64,000 bases of DNA, from the NCBI RefSeq assembly GCF_002105155.1, contig NW_019028995.1, positions 372,001-436,000 on the forward strand, in the 5' to 3' direction. The position numbers were made by a program, and so were the translations under genes. Below the pieces are notes generated by a model. The model was not told where the DNA came from and ran no database searches. It was given only the letters and a program-made list of their open reading frames with translations. The stretch is from Lobosporangium transversale. Its lineage: Eukaryota. Below are positions 31,405 through 42,646 of the stretch, in pieces (within the stretch, counting starts at the first letter, position 1; each line of letters opens with the position of its first letter).

Positions 31405-33850
31405 ATGGAACCTGCATTAGGAAAAAATCAGCAACATGATCCACCCAATTTGGACAGAAATGTCCCTCATTCGAAAAGAGCTCGCATTCCAAATAGCGGA
31501 ATCGGATTGGCTGAGTAGTATACTCGTCAGGGCACCCCCCTGTCTAGCCCAGGGGCCGGGTTCGAGTCCTGGTTAAGGCACATAAAGTGAAGCAAACATG
31601 TGCCAGGTCAGGGATTTGCTTGAGTTTTTATACTTTCTCTCCGAGACAGCCTAGTGTTCTCCGCTAAGGCTAAGATCGTGGGTGCACTACCCTAAGTCGC
31701 CTGGCTGGCCACATGTCTTAGGTATATATTCCACCCCCCAGCCGAACCAGCGGTACATCTGGCAGCACATCCCCCCATCCACCCACTTGACTAGGACAGC
31801 GATGATCACAAAGTTTGACGGAGTCCAAAATAGAAATTTCAGACCAATTCCGCAAGATTTGGGTCCACATGCCAGTGGATTTGATCTAATAGAAAAAATT
31901 AAAAAAGTCGTCCTTAGCTAGAGTCGGCACGCCAGCCTCCGCAGCTTTTCACGGGCGCAACAGGCCACATCGGAAGGATGGACTTCGAGTACCGATCACG
32001 GTGTACATTGGTAGAGAAAAACATGGATACGAATTGGCTCTTCACAGCCATCCCGTGCGAACTTTGAGAGTTTCGCTTGTTTCATAGTTGAGGGCGATAT
32101 CATTACTTTAGAGCGAGATTATGAAATAAAATTCCTCACCTCTGTGGGTTCTTGTTAACAGGAAAAAAAAAAAAATCCAAATAGCGGAATCGGATCTCAA
32201 AGACAGCCCAACAACCAAGAAGTCGGTCCCGCAAGCGGCATAGAGGCGAGCGGGAGCCGCGTTGACGAGGGAACGGGCTCTAAGAGCCGTCCCTCGTATA
32301 ACCGCAGCCTGGGTGCAAATGGCTTGCGTGCAGCTACACAAGAACAGGACGCAATGGACGAAGACGATGACGCAATGGCCACTGTGGGAGTCACAGAATG
32401 GCAGGAAGTGAGACGCACCAAGGATAGGCTGAAGGCGGCCGGCGTCTTCCTCGAGGACCTTTATGGAACAACGGTTGCCGAAAAAAAGAAAGACCTGGAA
32501 ACAGTCTTGTTGGATGCTGCCATCTATTGCACAGAAGGACCACACAAGGTCAAAGTCAATGGATATACTGCTTTCCGTGTTGCTGTTGAGGATCAACCAT
32601 CCCTGACAGCGCTCCTGGAAATGACTGCTACACACAAAGATGAAGACGGAAATGAACACGAAGTCCCATTGTTTTTTGAAATGAATACCGACACCCGTGA
32701 ACGTGAACTGGAACGCACAGTGGAGGTTTATGGTATTGCTCCTAGGACTCCGGAATTCCTTATCAAGTCAGCAATGCTGCAGTTCGGTACTATTGAAAAG
32801 ATTGCAACCCGCCCATGCTCCAAGGGAGTCAAGATCACCGCAGCAGTAGTTTATAACAATGTTGAGGACGTCACAAAATTCAAATTGGCCAACCGGGAGC
32901 ACGTCTTCATTGGAAAAGAACTCGCGCGCATCCGCAAAATCGGCAATGAACGAGTCGAGTGGACATTGACACACGTCGCAAAAATCTCAGGTCTCCCTTT
33001 TGGAACGACAGACAAGGACTTGGAGCCTCTCCTTGGAGAAAAGCAAGCGAATTTCGTCAAAGTGCCACGCTATTTTTCAAAAGACGGGAAGAAATGGCAA
33101 TATCAACGAGAAGCATTCGTGTATTTCCCCTCTGCAGAAGCAATGGCGGAAACTATGACTAAACCAGTCAAAATCGGGGGCATTGAGACTTTCTGGGGTG
33201 ATAAGGACGACAAACGATGCCGACAATGCCACAAACCAGGACACATCATGAGGGAATGCGAGGTATTCATTGCACTCCAGGAGACAAAGCAGCACATCAA
33301 AGCTGTCAAGGAATACCAAAAGGGAGGAGCACTGAAAGTTGTACCACAACTCTCATACGCCAAAGCCGCCACGGGAAAGAGTGGAAGTGTTACTCAAAGC
33401 AACCAACAGAAGGCACAGGAAGAAAAAACCAATATCCAAAGTTCTGGTCAAACAAACGTCATAGGAAAGAACAGCAACACTGGTGCAGTCGATAAGAAAA
33501 TCCAGCAACTGGTAGATACAGTGGAACGCCTACAGGAAGAGCAACAACAACTACGTGCTCAAAACAGTCTACTAATCCAAATGTTAATAGGAATGATGAG
33601 CCAACATCTTGGAATGGACTTCGCAGCCGAGCACCTGAAGGCAGCAGGACTGAGTGGAGAGTTCCACAGGAACGTGCCCAAAAACAAAGGTAAGTCAGCT
33701 GCTTTTCCAGGCATGCCTCCTACTAACGAGTCCCTAGCAGGGATTATGGCTCTCATAGCAAACGGAGCAGGTAGTAAGGAAAAAAGTAGAAAAGAAGAGA
33801 AATCAACCTCAAGTGGATTGCCGCCAAAACCACTAGTCCATAATGAGTAA
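31405..33850 (+). pseudogene. LINE ORF1 of copy 2, split by a SINE insertion
   Basis: MEPALGKNQ start at 31405; the frame resumes after 32195 and matches copy 1 ORF1. Confidence 0.9.
31508..32175 (+). mobile_element. tRNA-headed SINE / non-autonomous LINE partner (about 670 bp)
   Basis: A and B boxes at the 5' end, LINE-like 3' UTR, poly(A), perfect 20-bp TSD TCCAAATAGCGGAATCGGAT at 31488-31507 and 32176-32195. Confidence 0.93.
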
Positions 33851-36800
33851 TGCAAGCACTCAAAATAGACAGGACAGTACTAGATCTAATAGCAATGCTA
33901 TTAAATTTGGATCATTTAACATACGGGGTGCGTTAGAAGCTGGGAAAATAGAAGCGTTATGTGAATATGGTGATATGAAAGATTTAGATATGATAGCACT
34001 CCAAGAAACCAACATGCATGTTGGAGGGAGTAAAATGGCAAGAAATTTGAAACAAACTAAATATAAAATGTGGTGGGTGAGTGGTAAAGAAGGTGCAACA
34101 CAGGGAACAGGGGTTGGGCTTTTGATCGCTCAGCATTGGTTCCAGTACGCTGCGAGAACTTCATCTTGTGGGAGCAGAGGCCAAGCGAGAGATTTCAACT
34201 TTCCTGGGGGATTTAAAATCAGAGTAATTAACTGCTACCTACCAAGCGGAAGGGAAGATGAAGCAGAAGTAATTACTAAATGGATACAAAAAGAATATAA
34301 CGACGCGAGAGAAGAAGGGAGGGGTATAATCATTCTTGGGGATTTCAATGCTACTAGGAACCCCCGGCTCGATCGACGACGAGAGAACGCAACGAGTATA
34401 AGACCAGAATCGGCACTACTTCAATGGATGGAGACGCAGCCACTTCATGATGTTTTCCGCGCTCAACACCCTCTTCGTGAAGACTATACCTGCCAGAATA
34501 CGAGCCGTATAGACATGATCTTTGTATCTAGTGTATTCACGGATAGGCTTCTCAGGGTCAAACACAAATCATTGGATGGTATTGTGGCGTCAGACCACAA
34601 AATGGTCACTCTAGAAATGACACTGCACCGCCTTATTCAACAACCACTTCATCACATCATTTACAAAAAACCCAAGGGCTACAAATTCTTACTTCGCGAT
34701 GCCAGCAACGACGATTGGGAGAATTTTGAGAACGGTGTGAATATAAGAATTGGAGACGGCAGTGAATCTTCTACAATGGGCCTACGGAGAGCCCAGAACG
34801 ACGATGAAAAGGATCTCTTGACGCCAGAAGACCTTCAAAGAATCGACATTGACCTTGCATGGAAATGGTATTCAAAGCTGCTCATAGAAAGCGCCAAAGA
34901 AAACTTGCCAGGAAGAGTGGTTGGTCGGTCTGGAGTGAAGCCAGAACAAGAATTGTGTCTCCGCCACCTCATACGTGATCTCGCTAAAATTAAAAAATTG
35001 GCAAATCAAACCCGCAGAGGATTATCAACAGTACAAAGAGACGCAAGATGGACAACACTGGTAGAGCAGCAGAAAAAATTTAATAAGAATGCTGAGTGGT
35101 TGAGGCTGCAAGGACAAGGGGAGATCGAAGGCCTCACTACTATACCGGACACGAAGGATAGCGACGATGTATGGAAAGATTGGGTAAGAGGAGTAAAGCA
35201 CAGATGGACAGAGTCAATATCATTTTTACAGGCGACAAGGAAGCTGGAAAAGACAAGGACGATGAATGGCCTGATAGAGAAACGCTGTGGAGAGTTGAAG
35301 TCGGCAACAGGGAAAATGATAGACAAAGTGCTGGGACGTGGCGGAGGTAAAGTGACAATAGACCGGATTCAGGACGACGAAGGCGGTGTCACAGTGAATA
35401 TTCTAGAGCCACAGCAAGTTAAAGAGAAGGTACGGGCATGGTTCGACAAGTGGCACGGACGTAGGCCGTCAAAACCGCTAGAGCCGGGTTCGAGATGGCA
35501 GAAGCAATATAGCCCTCAGAGGTGGATCAAGAGTGAATGGTACGACGGTCTGATGGATCCACCAAGCAGAAATGAGTTTTCAGCTGTGGTCCTGGATGCA
35601 CCCAAAAACAAGGCAGCTGGTGTGTCAGGCATTACGAACGAAATGATCCAACACCAAGGACCGCAGGGGCTCTTTATCCTCTTCCAAATCATAAGTGCCA
35701 CTATCGTGCAAGAAGACGTCCCCAAGGATTGGAAGACGGGGCTCCTCTATTGCATACCAAAAGCTCCAGAATGGTCAGGAAACATGGCAGAGGTAAGGCC
35801 GATAGCTTTGTTGGAGCACGCACGGAAAATAATGTTTGCAGTAATAACAAATAGGTTAAGCGCGATCATGGCCAGGCACGATATTCTACGAGGACCAAAC
35901 TTCTCTGTTCTTAAAGGTACTACCACTAAGGATCCAATCCATATCCTGCAAGCGGCAATGGAAGACGCAAGAGAGTTCAAGAAAGAACAGTGGATTGTGT
36001 TCCAAGACATGAAACGGTGTTTCGACTCTGTCAACTGCGCCCCCGATGGGATGCTTTCTCGCGGACTAAGACGGCTCCAGGTCCCTGAACAGTTCATACG
36101 CCTATGTGAAAACATCGCCATTTCCAAAGTGAACAGGGTGATTACTGAATACGGACCAACTGACGAGTATCATCCAGAGTGCGGTTTGGATCAAGGTGGA
36201 GTGGAATGTCCGCTTTTATGGAGAATAGCATATGATGCACTCCTGTGTGAAATTATAGACAGTAGCACTGGATATAGTCTAGAGGGACCAAGAGGGACAC
36301 CATCAGTTGCTGGCCTTGCTTTCGTGGATGATACTACATGGATATCGGACTCCAAAGCACATATGCAGGAGATACTTGACATTGCAACGACATTCTTCAT
36401 TCTTAACGGGGTGGAAGTGAACGCCAAGAAAACGCAGGTCATCTGTATCAACAGCAAGCAGGATAGGAGGAGCACGCTGAAATTTGGGACACCTACAGAA
36501 GAGATCCGACCAGTGGAAAAGAATGAATCGGTACGGATTCTTGGTGTTTGGGTCACAGCAACAGGAAATCCAACAGCAACACAGCAAATAGTGGAGCAGG
36601 AAATAGAAACGACCTGTAACATTCTCCGGTCCAAAGCCCTGACAGATCGGCAGACAACGTATATTGTCAATAATGTGCTCATCCCAAAGGTGCTGTATAG
36701 GATTTCGGCCCAAATGTTGCCACCAACGTTCCTACAGAAGATGACTGGTAAGTATATGTCACTGTGTAAGCGGAAAGCACGTATGCCATCAACTACGCCA

Positions 36801-38867
36801 AACAGCATTATGAACCACAATAGATTGTATGCCATCAAAGACTTGGCGAACGCTCAAGCGGAAGAACAAATATCTACCCTGGCGCTTCGACTTAATGACA
36901 GCAATGTAATGGGACGGATATGTCGGACACGAGTACTGATGCTGCAGCACAGGAATAAGATGGAAGTCTCGCCAACTTTGGAGCCACATCGTGTCAAAAA
37001 GTATCGCCACAACTTTATATCGAATGTTTGTGAAGAAATGAAGAATCGTAACATTACTTTCGACCTATCGATCGCAGCCGAATTTGGTCTCCCACACAAC
37101 GCTCTCTCGACATGGAAATGGCTAAACGGAGAATTACCACACGTATGGAAGGCGCTCACCAAGCGTATGGTATACTTTGTGGATCAAATACTTACGGATG
37201 ATAAGGAGGACATGATCTCATGGCACGCATTCAGGACCCGTTACGGAGGGCCTAAAGTTTCGCCATTCTGGTTCAACCAACTTCAAAACTTTTGCTTCGA
37301 CAACGATTATGTGGGTAGGCATGCAAGAGAATGGAACAGGAGGAAACTGGCACTTTTAGACGTCAGTGATGATGACAGCAACAGCGACAGTAGTTATGTC
37401 AGCTCGGTAGACGGGGATACAGAAGACGAAGATCGAGAAGCGATTCGTGCACTCAACCAATTCATAAAGCATGAGGCAGCGAACAGAACCTTGACAGTAT
37501 CACCGGCTAATCAAGCTGTTGAGCCACCAATTGGAATTAAGTGGATTCTAGATCAACAGAAGGAGCGGAAAAAGAGACGAGAAGCTGTTATGAAAGAGGC
37601 GCGCAGAGCAACCAGAGAACATAATCTTAGGCGACAAAGAGCAAAGTTAGATGCCATAGTCAGAAGAGCAGAACGCCACCAGGACCGAGAGCGAAGGCAT
37701 GGTGAACGCATGCGAGCCCGCGAAGAAGCGAGGAGACGCCGGACCCAGAACACAAGGAGATATGAGGGTCTGAGCGAGCAAGCTCTGCTAAGGAGAGCAA
37801 AAGTCGACCTGGATTCCAACGAGACACCGTGCCTAAAAGTGATCCCTGAAGTCAACAGAGGCCTAGCCAGGGACACAAATGGAGTTATCATTAGTGCCAA
37901 TACCGAGGAGAAAATCCAACGCCAAAGGGAACGGTACAATACCCAGCCGGGTAATGTCATTTATACGGATGGATCTCTCAAAGATATTGGCACTGAAAGA
38001 GTAAGTATGGCATTTGGTGTGGTAGTCCAGACACAAGAGGGTGAGTTTTACACTGCGCTATCTGGTAGAGTAGCAGGCAACGCATCCTCGACAAAGGCAG
38101 AGCTAGCTGGTTTGTTGGCAGGAATACTTATCAGCCCACGAAACAGACCTATGACAATCCGACTTGATAACAGCGCAGTTGTGACTCAATTCCGAGCATT
38201 GGTCCGAGGCAGAGTGGATAGCACGTTGCGACAACGTATTAGATCACCGTATGCAGTATGGTGGGCAGCTATACACAACGCATTTATTCAACAAGGATCG
38301 GAAGTCACGGTCGAGTGGGTCAAAGGACATGCCGGCAACAGAGGGAACGAAGAAGCGGACGAAGCAGCAAAACATGGACATTATGGCGAGCTATGGGATA
38401 TCAACATAACGGAGCATAATGACATGTACTGCCATGCAAAGTTCAACGGTGTACCAGCGGAAGATGACTTAAGGCAGATCCTTAAGTTACAGTCAACAAC
38501 TCGTACACATCACACGTGGATCGCTCAGAACAGGACGCAGGAGCATGTTAAGGATTGGACAAAAATTGATTGGCGAGCTACTATGAACATTGTTCATGAT
38601 AGCAACCTACCGAAAGGACTCTTCACCAGCCCAGCGGACTGCCAAAAGCGAGCGCACAGGATCAAGAAACTCCATGGAATGTTGCCTACACAGTCATATA
38701 TGAGACACTGGAGGCCAGACTTTTATGAAGACGGCAACTGCAGAGTGTGTGGGACAGAGGATGAAGACACATCGCACATCTGGAGATGTCCAAGGACGAT
38801 GGGGACTCAGGCCGAGAAGTGGAAGGAGATAATCCAAAATGTGAATGTGATAGGGGAGAGGACATGA
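33843..38867 (+). CDS. LINE ORF2 of copy 2 (APE-RT-RNase H-CCHC)
   Basis: Translation matches 2430..7454, with the same premature TGA. Confidence 0.95.
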   Translation: MSNASTQNRQDSTRSNSNAIKFGSFNIRGALEAGKIEALCEYGDMKDLDMIALQETNMHVGGSKMARNLKQTKYKMWWVSGKEGATQGTGVGLLIAQHWFQYAARTSSCGSRGQARDFNFPGGFKIRVINCYLPSGREDEAEVITKWIQKEYNDAREEGRGIIILGDFNATRNPRLDRRRENATSIRPESALLQWMETQPLHDVFRAQHPLREDYTCQNTSRIDMIFVSSVFTDRLLRVKHKSLDGIVASDHKMVTLEMTLHRLIQQPLHHIIYKKPKGYKFLLRDASNDDWENFENGVNIRIGDGSESSTMGLRRAQNDDEKDLLTPEDLQRIDIDLAWKWYSKLLIESAKENLPGRVVGRSGVKPEQELCLRHLIRDLAKIKKLANQTRRGLSTVQRDARWTTLVEQQKKFNKNAEWLRLQGQGEIEGLTTIPDTKDSDDVWKDWVRGVKHRWTESISFLQATRKLEKTRTMNGLIEKRCGELKSATGKMIDKVLGRGGGKVTIDRIQDDEGGVTVNILEPQQVKEKVRAWFDKWHGRRPSKPLEPGSRWQKQYSPQRWIKSEWYDGLMDPPSRNEFSAVVLDAPKNKAAGVSGITNEMIQHQGPQGLFILFQIISATIVQEDVPKDWKTGLLYCIPKAPEWSGNMAEVRPIALLEHARKIMFAVITNRLSAIMARHDILRGPNFSVLKGTTTKDPIHILQAAMEDAREFKKEQWIVFQDMKRCFDSVNCAPDGMLSRGLRRLQVPEQFIRLCENIAISKVNRVITEYGPTDEYHPECGLDQGGVECPLLWRIAYDALLCEIIDSSTGYSLEGPRGTPSVAGLAFVDDTTWISDSKAHMQEILDIATTFFILNGVEVNAKKTQVICINSKQDRRSTLKFGTPTEEIRPVEKNESVRILGVWVTATGNPTATQQIVEQEIETTCNILRSKALTDRQTTYIVNNVLIPKVLYRISAQMLPPTFLQKMTGKYMSLCKRKARMPSTTPNSIMNHNRLYAIKDLANAQAEEQISTLALRLNDSNVMGRICRTRVLMLQHRNKMEVSPTLEPHRVKKYRHNFISNVCEEMKNRNITFDLSIAAEFGLPHNALSTWKWLNGELPHVWKALTKRMVYFVDQILTDDKEDMISWHAFRTRYGGPKVSPFWFNQLQNFCFDNDYVGRHAREWNRRKLALLDVSDDDSNSDSSYVSSVDGDTEDEDREAIRALNQFIKHEAANRTLTVSPANQAVEPPIGIKWILDQQKERKKRREAVMKEARRATREHNLRRQRAKLDAIVRRAERHQDRERRHGERMRAREEARRRRTQNTRRYEGLSEQALLRRAKVDLDSNETPCLKVIPEVNRGLARDTNGVIISANTEEKIQRQRERYNTQPGNVIYTDGSLKDIGTERVSMAFGVVVQTQEGEFYTALSGRVAGNASSTKAELAGLLAGILISPRNRPMTIRLDNSAVVTQFRALVRGRVDSTLRQRIRSPYAVWWAAIHNAFIQQGSEVTVEWVKGHAGNRGNEEADEAAKHGHYGELWDINITEHNDMYCHAKFNGVPAEDDLRQILKLQSTTRTHHTWIAQNRTQEHVKDWTKIDWRATMNIVHDSNLPKGLFTSPADCQKRAHRIKKLHGMLPTQSYMRHWRPDFYEDGNCRVCGTEDEDTSHIWRCPRTMGTQAEKWKEIIQNVNVIGERT

Positions 38868-39715
38868 AGGAAAGCGTTGAAAGCAGTGCAGGAGCAAGCA
38901 CAAAGGGCCAGAGAGAGGTGTAGACCCACCAAGGACAAAAGAGCCAACTTTTACTGCGGCAGAGGAGGACTACATTTGGAAAACTCTGGAGATGCATATC
39001 GATGGTGTGCGAGAAGTACGACGCCATGGTGATAGGAACGACGGTGATGAGGAAGAGAGAGAGCACACACCAGATTGGTCTGTGCAGGACATTTACCATT
39101 GACTTACGCCCAAGTCCATTGCTCAGAGTTGGAAAGTTGGCTTCAAGACAACAACAAGGATAGCTACATATATGGCAGGGCGCTTCGTCAAGGCCATAGA
39201 GGAATTCGGTCGTACAGAAATCTGGAACAAACGGTGTAAAGTCACCGTTGAATGGGAAAAGGCTCGTGGAATCACTGCTATGAGCAAACGCGCTAGAGGA
39301 CGCAACTGTGTTGGGGAGCACAGACGTAGTAGCAATGATTTCCTTGTCCCTTCCCTCAGACAAAGACAGAAGCTGAATGTAAAAGAGATCTACAAGATCG
39401 CGGATGACCGAGTCCGGGACAGTTACCTTGGGAAAACCAAACTGGACGTGATGGAGCGGCTAGGTGGAATGAAGTTTTTGATGACTATGGATAGCGGATA
39501 ATTTGTCGCGTTGCGCAACAGGCCACGTCGGAAAGGTGGACTTTGAGTACCAACCACGGCGGTCAGGGTTTATGAAATCATGGATACAGCGGCTCTTGTC
39601 GTTTGTGCAGTAATAGCTGTTTATTGACTATAGTTTCTGGAGCATTTTGTTCATAGAGTGTAGAAAATAAATCCCATGACCCTGAGGGTCCTTGTTATCA
39701 AAAAAAAAAAAAAAA

Positions 39716-39798
39716 GTATACTCGTCAGGGCACATATATACTCGTCAGGGCACCCCCCTGTCTAGCCCAGGGGCCGGGTTCGAGTCCTGGTTAAGGCA
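39716..39798 (+). mobile_element. tRNA-like head of the outer SINE (target of LINE A copy 2)
   Basis: GTATACTCGTCAGGGCAC-ATA-TATACTCGTCAGGGCACCCCCC...GGTTCGAGTCCTGGTTAAGGCA; its 5' stub lies at 31271-31291. Confidence 0.8.
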
Positions 39799-42646
39799 TC
39801 TCCAGCATGGTCCCACAATGTTCAAAATGCCCTTCATGAGTCCCTTTACACACACAACTTTATCGAAGTATGGTGTAGAGACAAAAAGAACATTCTTCAG
39901 AGACTAGACGAAGAGGAAGAGAGAGATTTAAGGGAGCTCCAACAGCTAAATGAGGCTGAAAACAATGAGAGAGCAGATGAACTACTCACAGAAGACAATA
40001 TGTTGGAGGAGCAGCCCACTGAGGATGATGAGGATGATGACGTTGGATATATAAGTTACCTCAGTGACGTGGAAGAAGACCCCAGAGAGCCACTTGATCC
40101 CCTAAGTGTAGAACAGCGGGAGGAAAGAGAAAGAAGAGCACAGTGTTACATACAAGAGGGTATGCAGGAGTATGAAGGATACACTGAGTCTGATCGCGAA
40201 CTCCAAAAAGAATACTTGCGAGAAAATTTTGAAAAAAGAGAGCGTTTGAGAGAAAAAGAGCGCGAAGCTAACGAGAGGCATAGGCTGTGGAAAGATCCTC
40301 AAGGAAGGAAAATGTTTCAATTTCGCGACCGTTTGGAAAGAGGGAAGAGGGAGCAATGGTTGCTAAGAAAAATAGAGCAAGAGAGGAAAAAAGAAGAGGC
40401 GGAGAGAAGGAGAGTGTGGCGACGTGAACAGTGGGTGCAAGCCAAGCAAGAAGCCGCACACTCGAAGGCTATCGAAAGAGCTCGCCGTCAAGAACGCCTA
40501 CGGTTACAGGCTAGGTTTCAAAGGCTCGATGAACAAGGAAGAAGAGAACAGCGACGGCGAGCGGCTTTCAACCGAGCAAGACGTAGAGCACAAGAGCGAA
40601 ACAAGATACGTGGACGCCATGAACTCGATGAACAAGCTCTCGATAGGAGGCTCAGGACGAAAGCGCAAGAAGAGATGGACTCCTCAAGAACAAGGAATAA
40701 TAAAATCCCAGAGGGTCATCATTGGTGGTTTGGCTCCTCTGAGTGCCTAGGTGTAGAGATCCCACAGGTTGACATGGACAATATACTGCGTCAAAGAGAG
40801 AAACTATCAACGATGAGTCAGCTAACACTTTACTCCGATGGGTCCCTTGAAGAGGCAGGAAGAAGGGCGGCGCGGATGGCTTTCGGAGTGGTGGCTCAGA
40901 TAGGCCCAGAAAGCTTCTCAAATGTAGTTTCAGGTAGAGTCGATGGGTATGCTTCATCCACCAAGGCAGAGCTAGTAGGACTGTACGCAGCCATCCTAGT
41001 CAGTCCCCGTAACGTTCCAACGACTGTCTACATAGACAACATGGCGGTAGTGGTTCAGTTCAAGGACCTTGCTCAAAAGCGAGAAGCAAGCACTGAACGG
41101 CAGCGATTGCGATCCAAGTACGCAGTGTGGTGGGCAGCCATTTCGAGAGCGCTCTTTAAGCAGGGCGGGAAGGTAACTGTGAAATGGATCAAGGGCCATG
41201 CTGGGAATAGAGGCAATATAAGGGCAGACCAAGCCGCCAAAGATGCTCATTTTAGCGAAATGTGGACAATCAAAGGACTGGAACACAACGATCTGCGCTG
41301 TCACGCTATTTTCGAGAACGAGGTGGTGGAGGATGGTCTTAGACACCTGCTAAAGCTCCAATCAGCAGTGAGAACACATTACTTGTGGGCGTCTCAGAAC
41401 AGAGTCAGGAATTATATTGCAGACTGGCGAGAAGTAGAATGGAAAGCAAGCCTGCATATTCTTCACGATGGCAACACGCCTAGAGGCCTCTTCACCAGCC
41501 CAGCAGATTGTCACAAGAGAGCGCACAGAATAAAAAAGGTCCATGGTATGCTTTCTACACTCACTTATATGAGGCAGTGGCGACCGGACCTGTATGAGAC
41601 TGACATCTGCAGGGTGTGTGAACAGGAGCAGGAGGACATAGAACACCTCTGGCGATGTCCCATGACACTGGACGAGCAATTGAAAGGTTGGAAGCAGGCC
41701 ATAGAACTCATCACGAAGGATGGCAAAAGAGCATTAGTGAAGGAGAAGAAGCTCTGGGAAGACAAACAAGGGAAAACACAGGAGCCAAACCTGAATAAAG
41801 GAGGTCCCTCGTTTACACCTGTAGCCGACAACGTGATTTGGGGCTCTTTGGAAGCGATGTTCAAGGGCGTCAGAGAGATCCGACATGCAAGCACTCTGTT
41901 TGGTGAGGAAGACGTGGATATGGGACGGAGGAACGAGGGTGAGGATGCCCACTGGACTGTCCAAGACTTGTACCACGGTTTGGTGCCGAAGGAACTGATA
42001 CAAAAATGGAAGACGATCTTCAGAACCACAGCATCGATCTCAAGGTACATTGTTTGCCGCTTTGTCAAGTCAATCGCGGAACTCGGCAGGACTGAAATCT
42101 GGAACAGACGCTGCAAAGTCACCGTCAACTGGGAAAGAGACAATGGTATCACCTCTGCGAGCAAACGCGCCAGGGGACGCAACTGTGTTGGGAGGCACAG
42201 ACGTAGCAGAGGTGAATTCTTTGGCTCTCACCAGGGACAACGACGAACAGCAGATGTGAAGGCGATCAGGACTGAGGCAGACCGGCGAGTGGCGGCAAGC
42301 TACCGGCAGCAGGTGGAATTGGCGATTATGGAGCGCCTGGAAAGCTGTAAATTTTTGATGATTGAGGACAGCGGCTAAAGGATGACCTTCGCGCACAACA
42401 GGCCAAGTAGGGAGTAGAACCGTGCCACAGGTCCTCTGGGACCAAGGAAGTCTACTCAATGCTGACGTGGTTTATGAACAGGATGTAGTACTGTGGCAGT
42501 ATGACGATGCGGCTTCGGTCGATTATTGGATACCGCTTTATTTGCGACCCCAGTAATGGGGCAACCCATTTATAGAGCTAACATCTAAATAAATCCTACA
42601 TGACCTCGTGGGTCCTTGTTATCAAAAAAAAAAAAAAAAAAAAAAA
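39799..42646 (+). mobile_element. 5'-truncated LINE family B (RNase H, CCHC, intact C-terminus, 3' UTR, poly(A))
   Basis: Frame open from 39799 (SPAWSHNVQN aligns to family A SPFWFNQLQN) to the stop at 42378; YSDGS, KAEL, IDN, WIKGHAGNRGN; tail GACCTCGTGGGTCCTTGTTATC-A(n). Confidence 0.92.

Larger units (their letters stand above)
31293..39714 (+). mobile_element. LINE family A, copy 2 (ORF1 interrupted by a SINE)
   Basis: Inverted, near-identical copy of 1568-9316; flanked by the 19-bp TSD AGTATACTCGTCAGGGCAC at 31273-31291 and 39715-39733; poly(A) from 39700. Confidence 0.95.

Noticed and set aside
38865..39102. Selenocysteine or TGA readthrough in LINE ORF2
   Set aside because: The second TGA aligns to Gly in family B, the first is most simply a mutated TGG, and a frameshift lies between them; ordinary mutation explains it.
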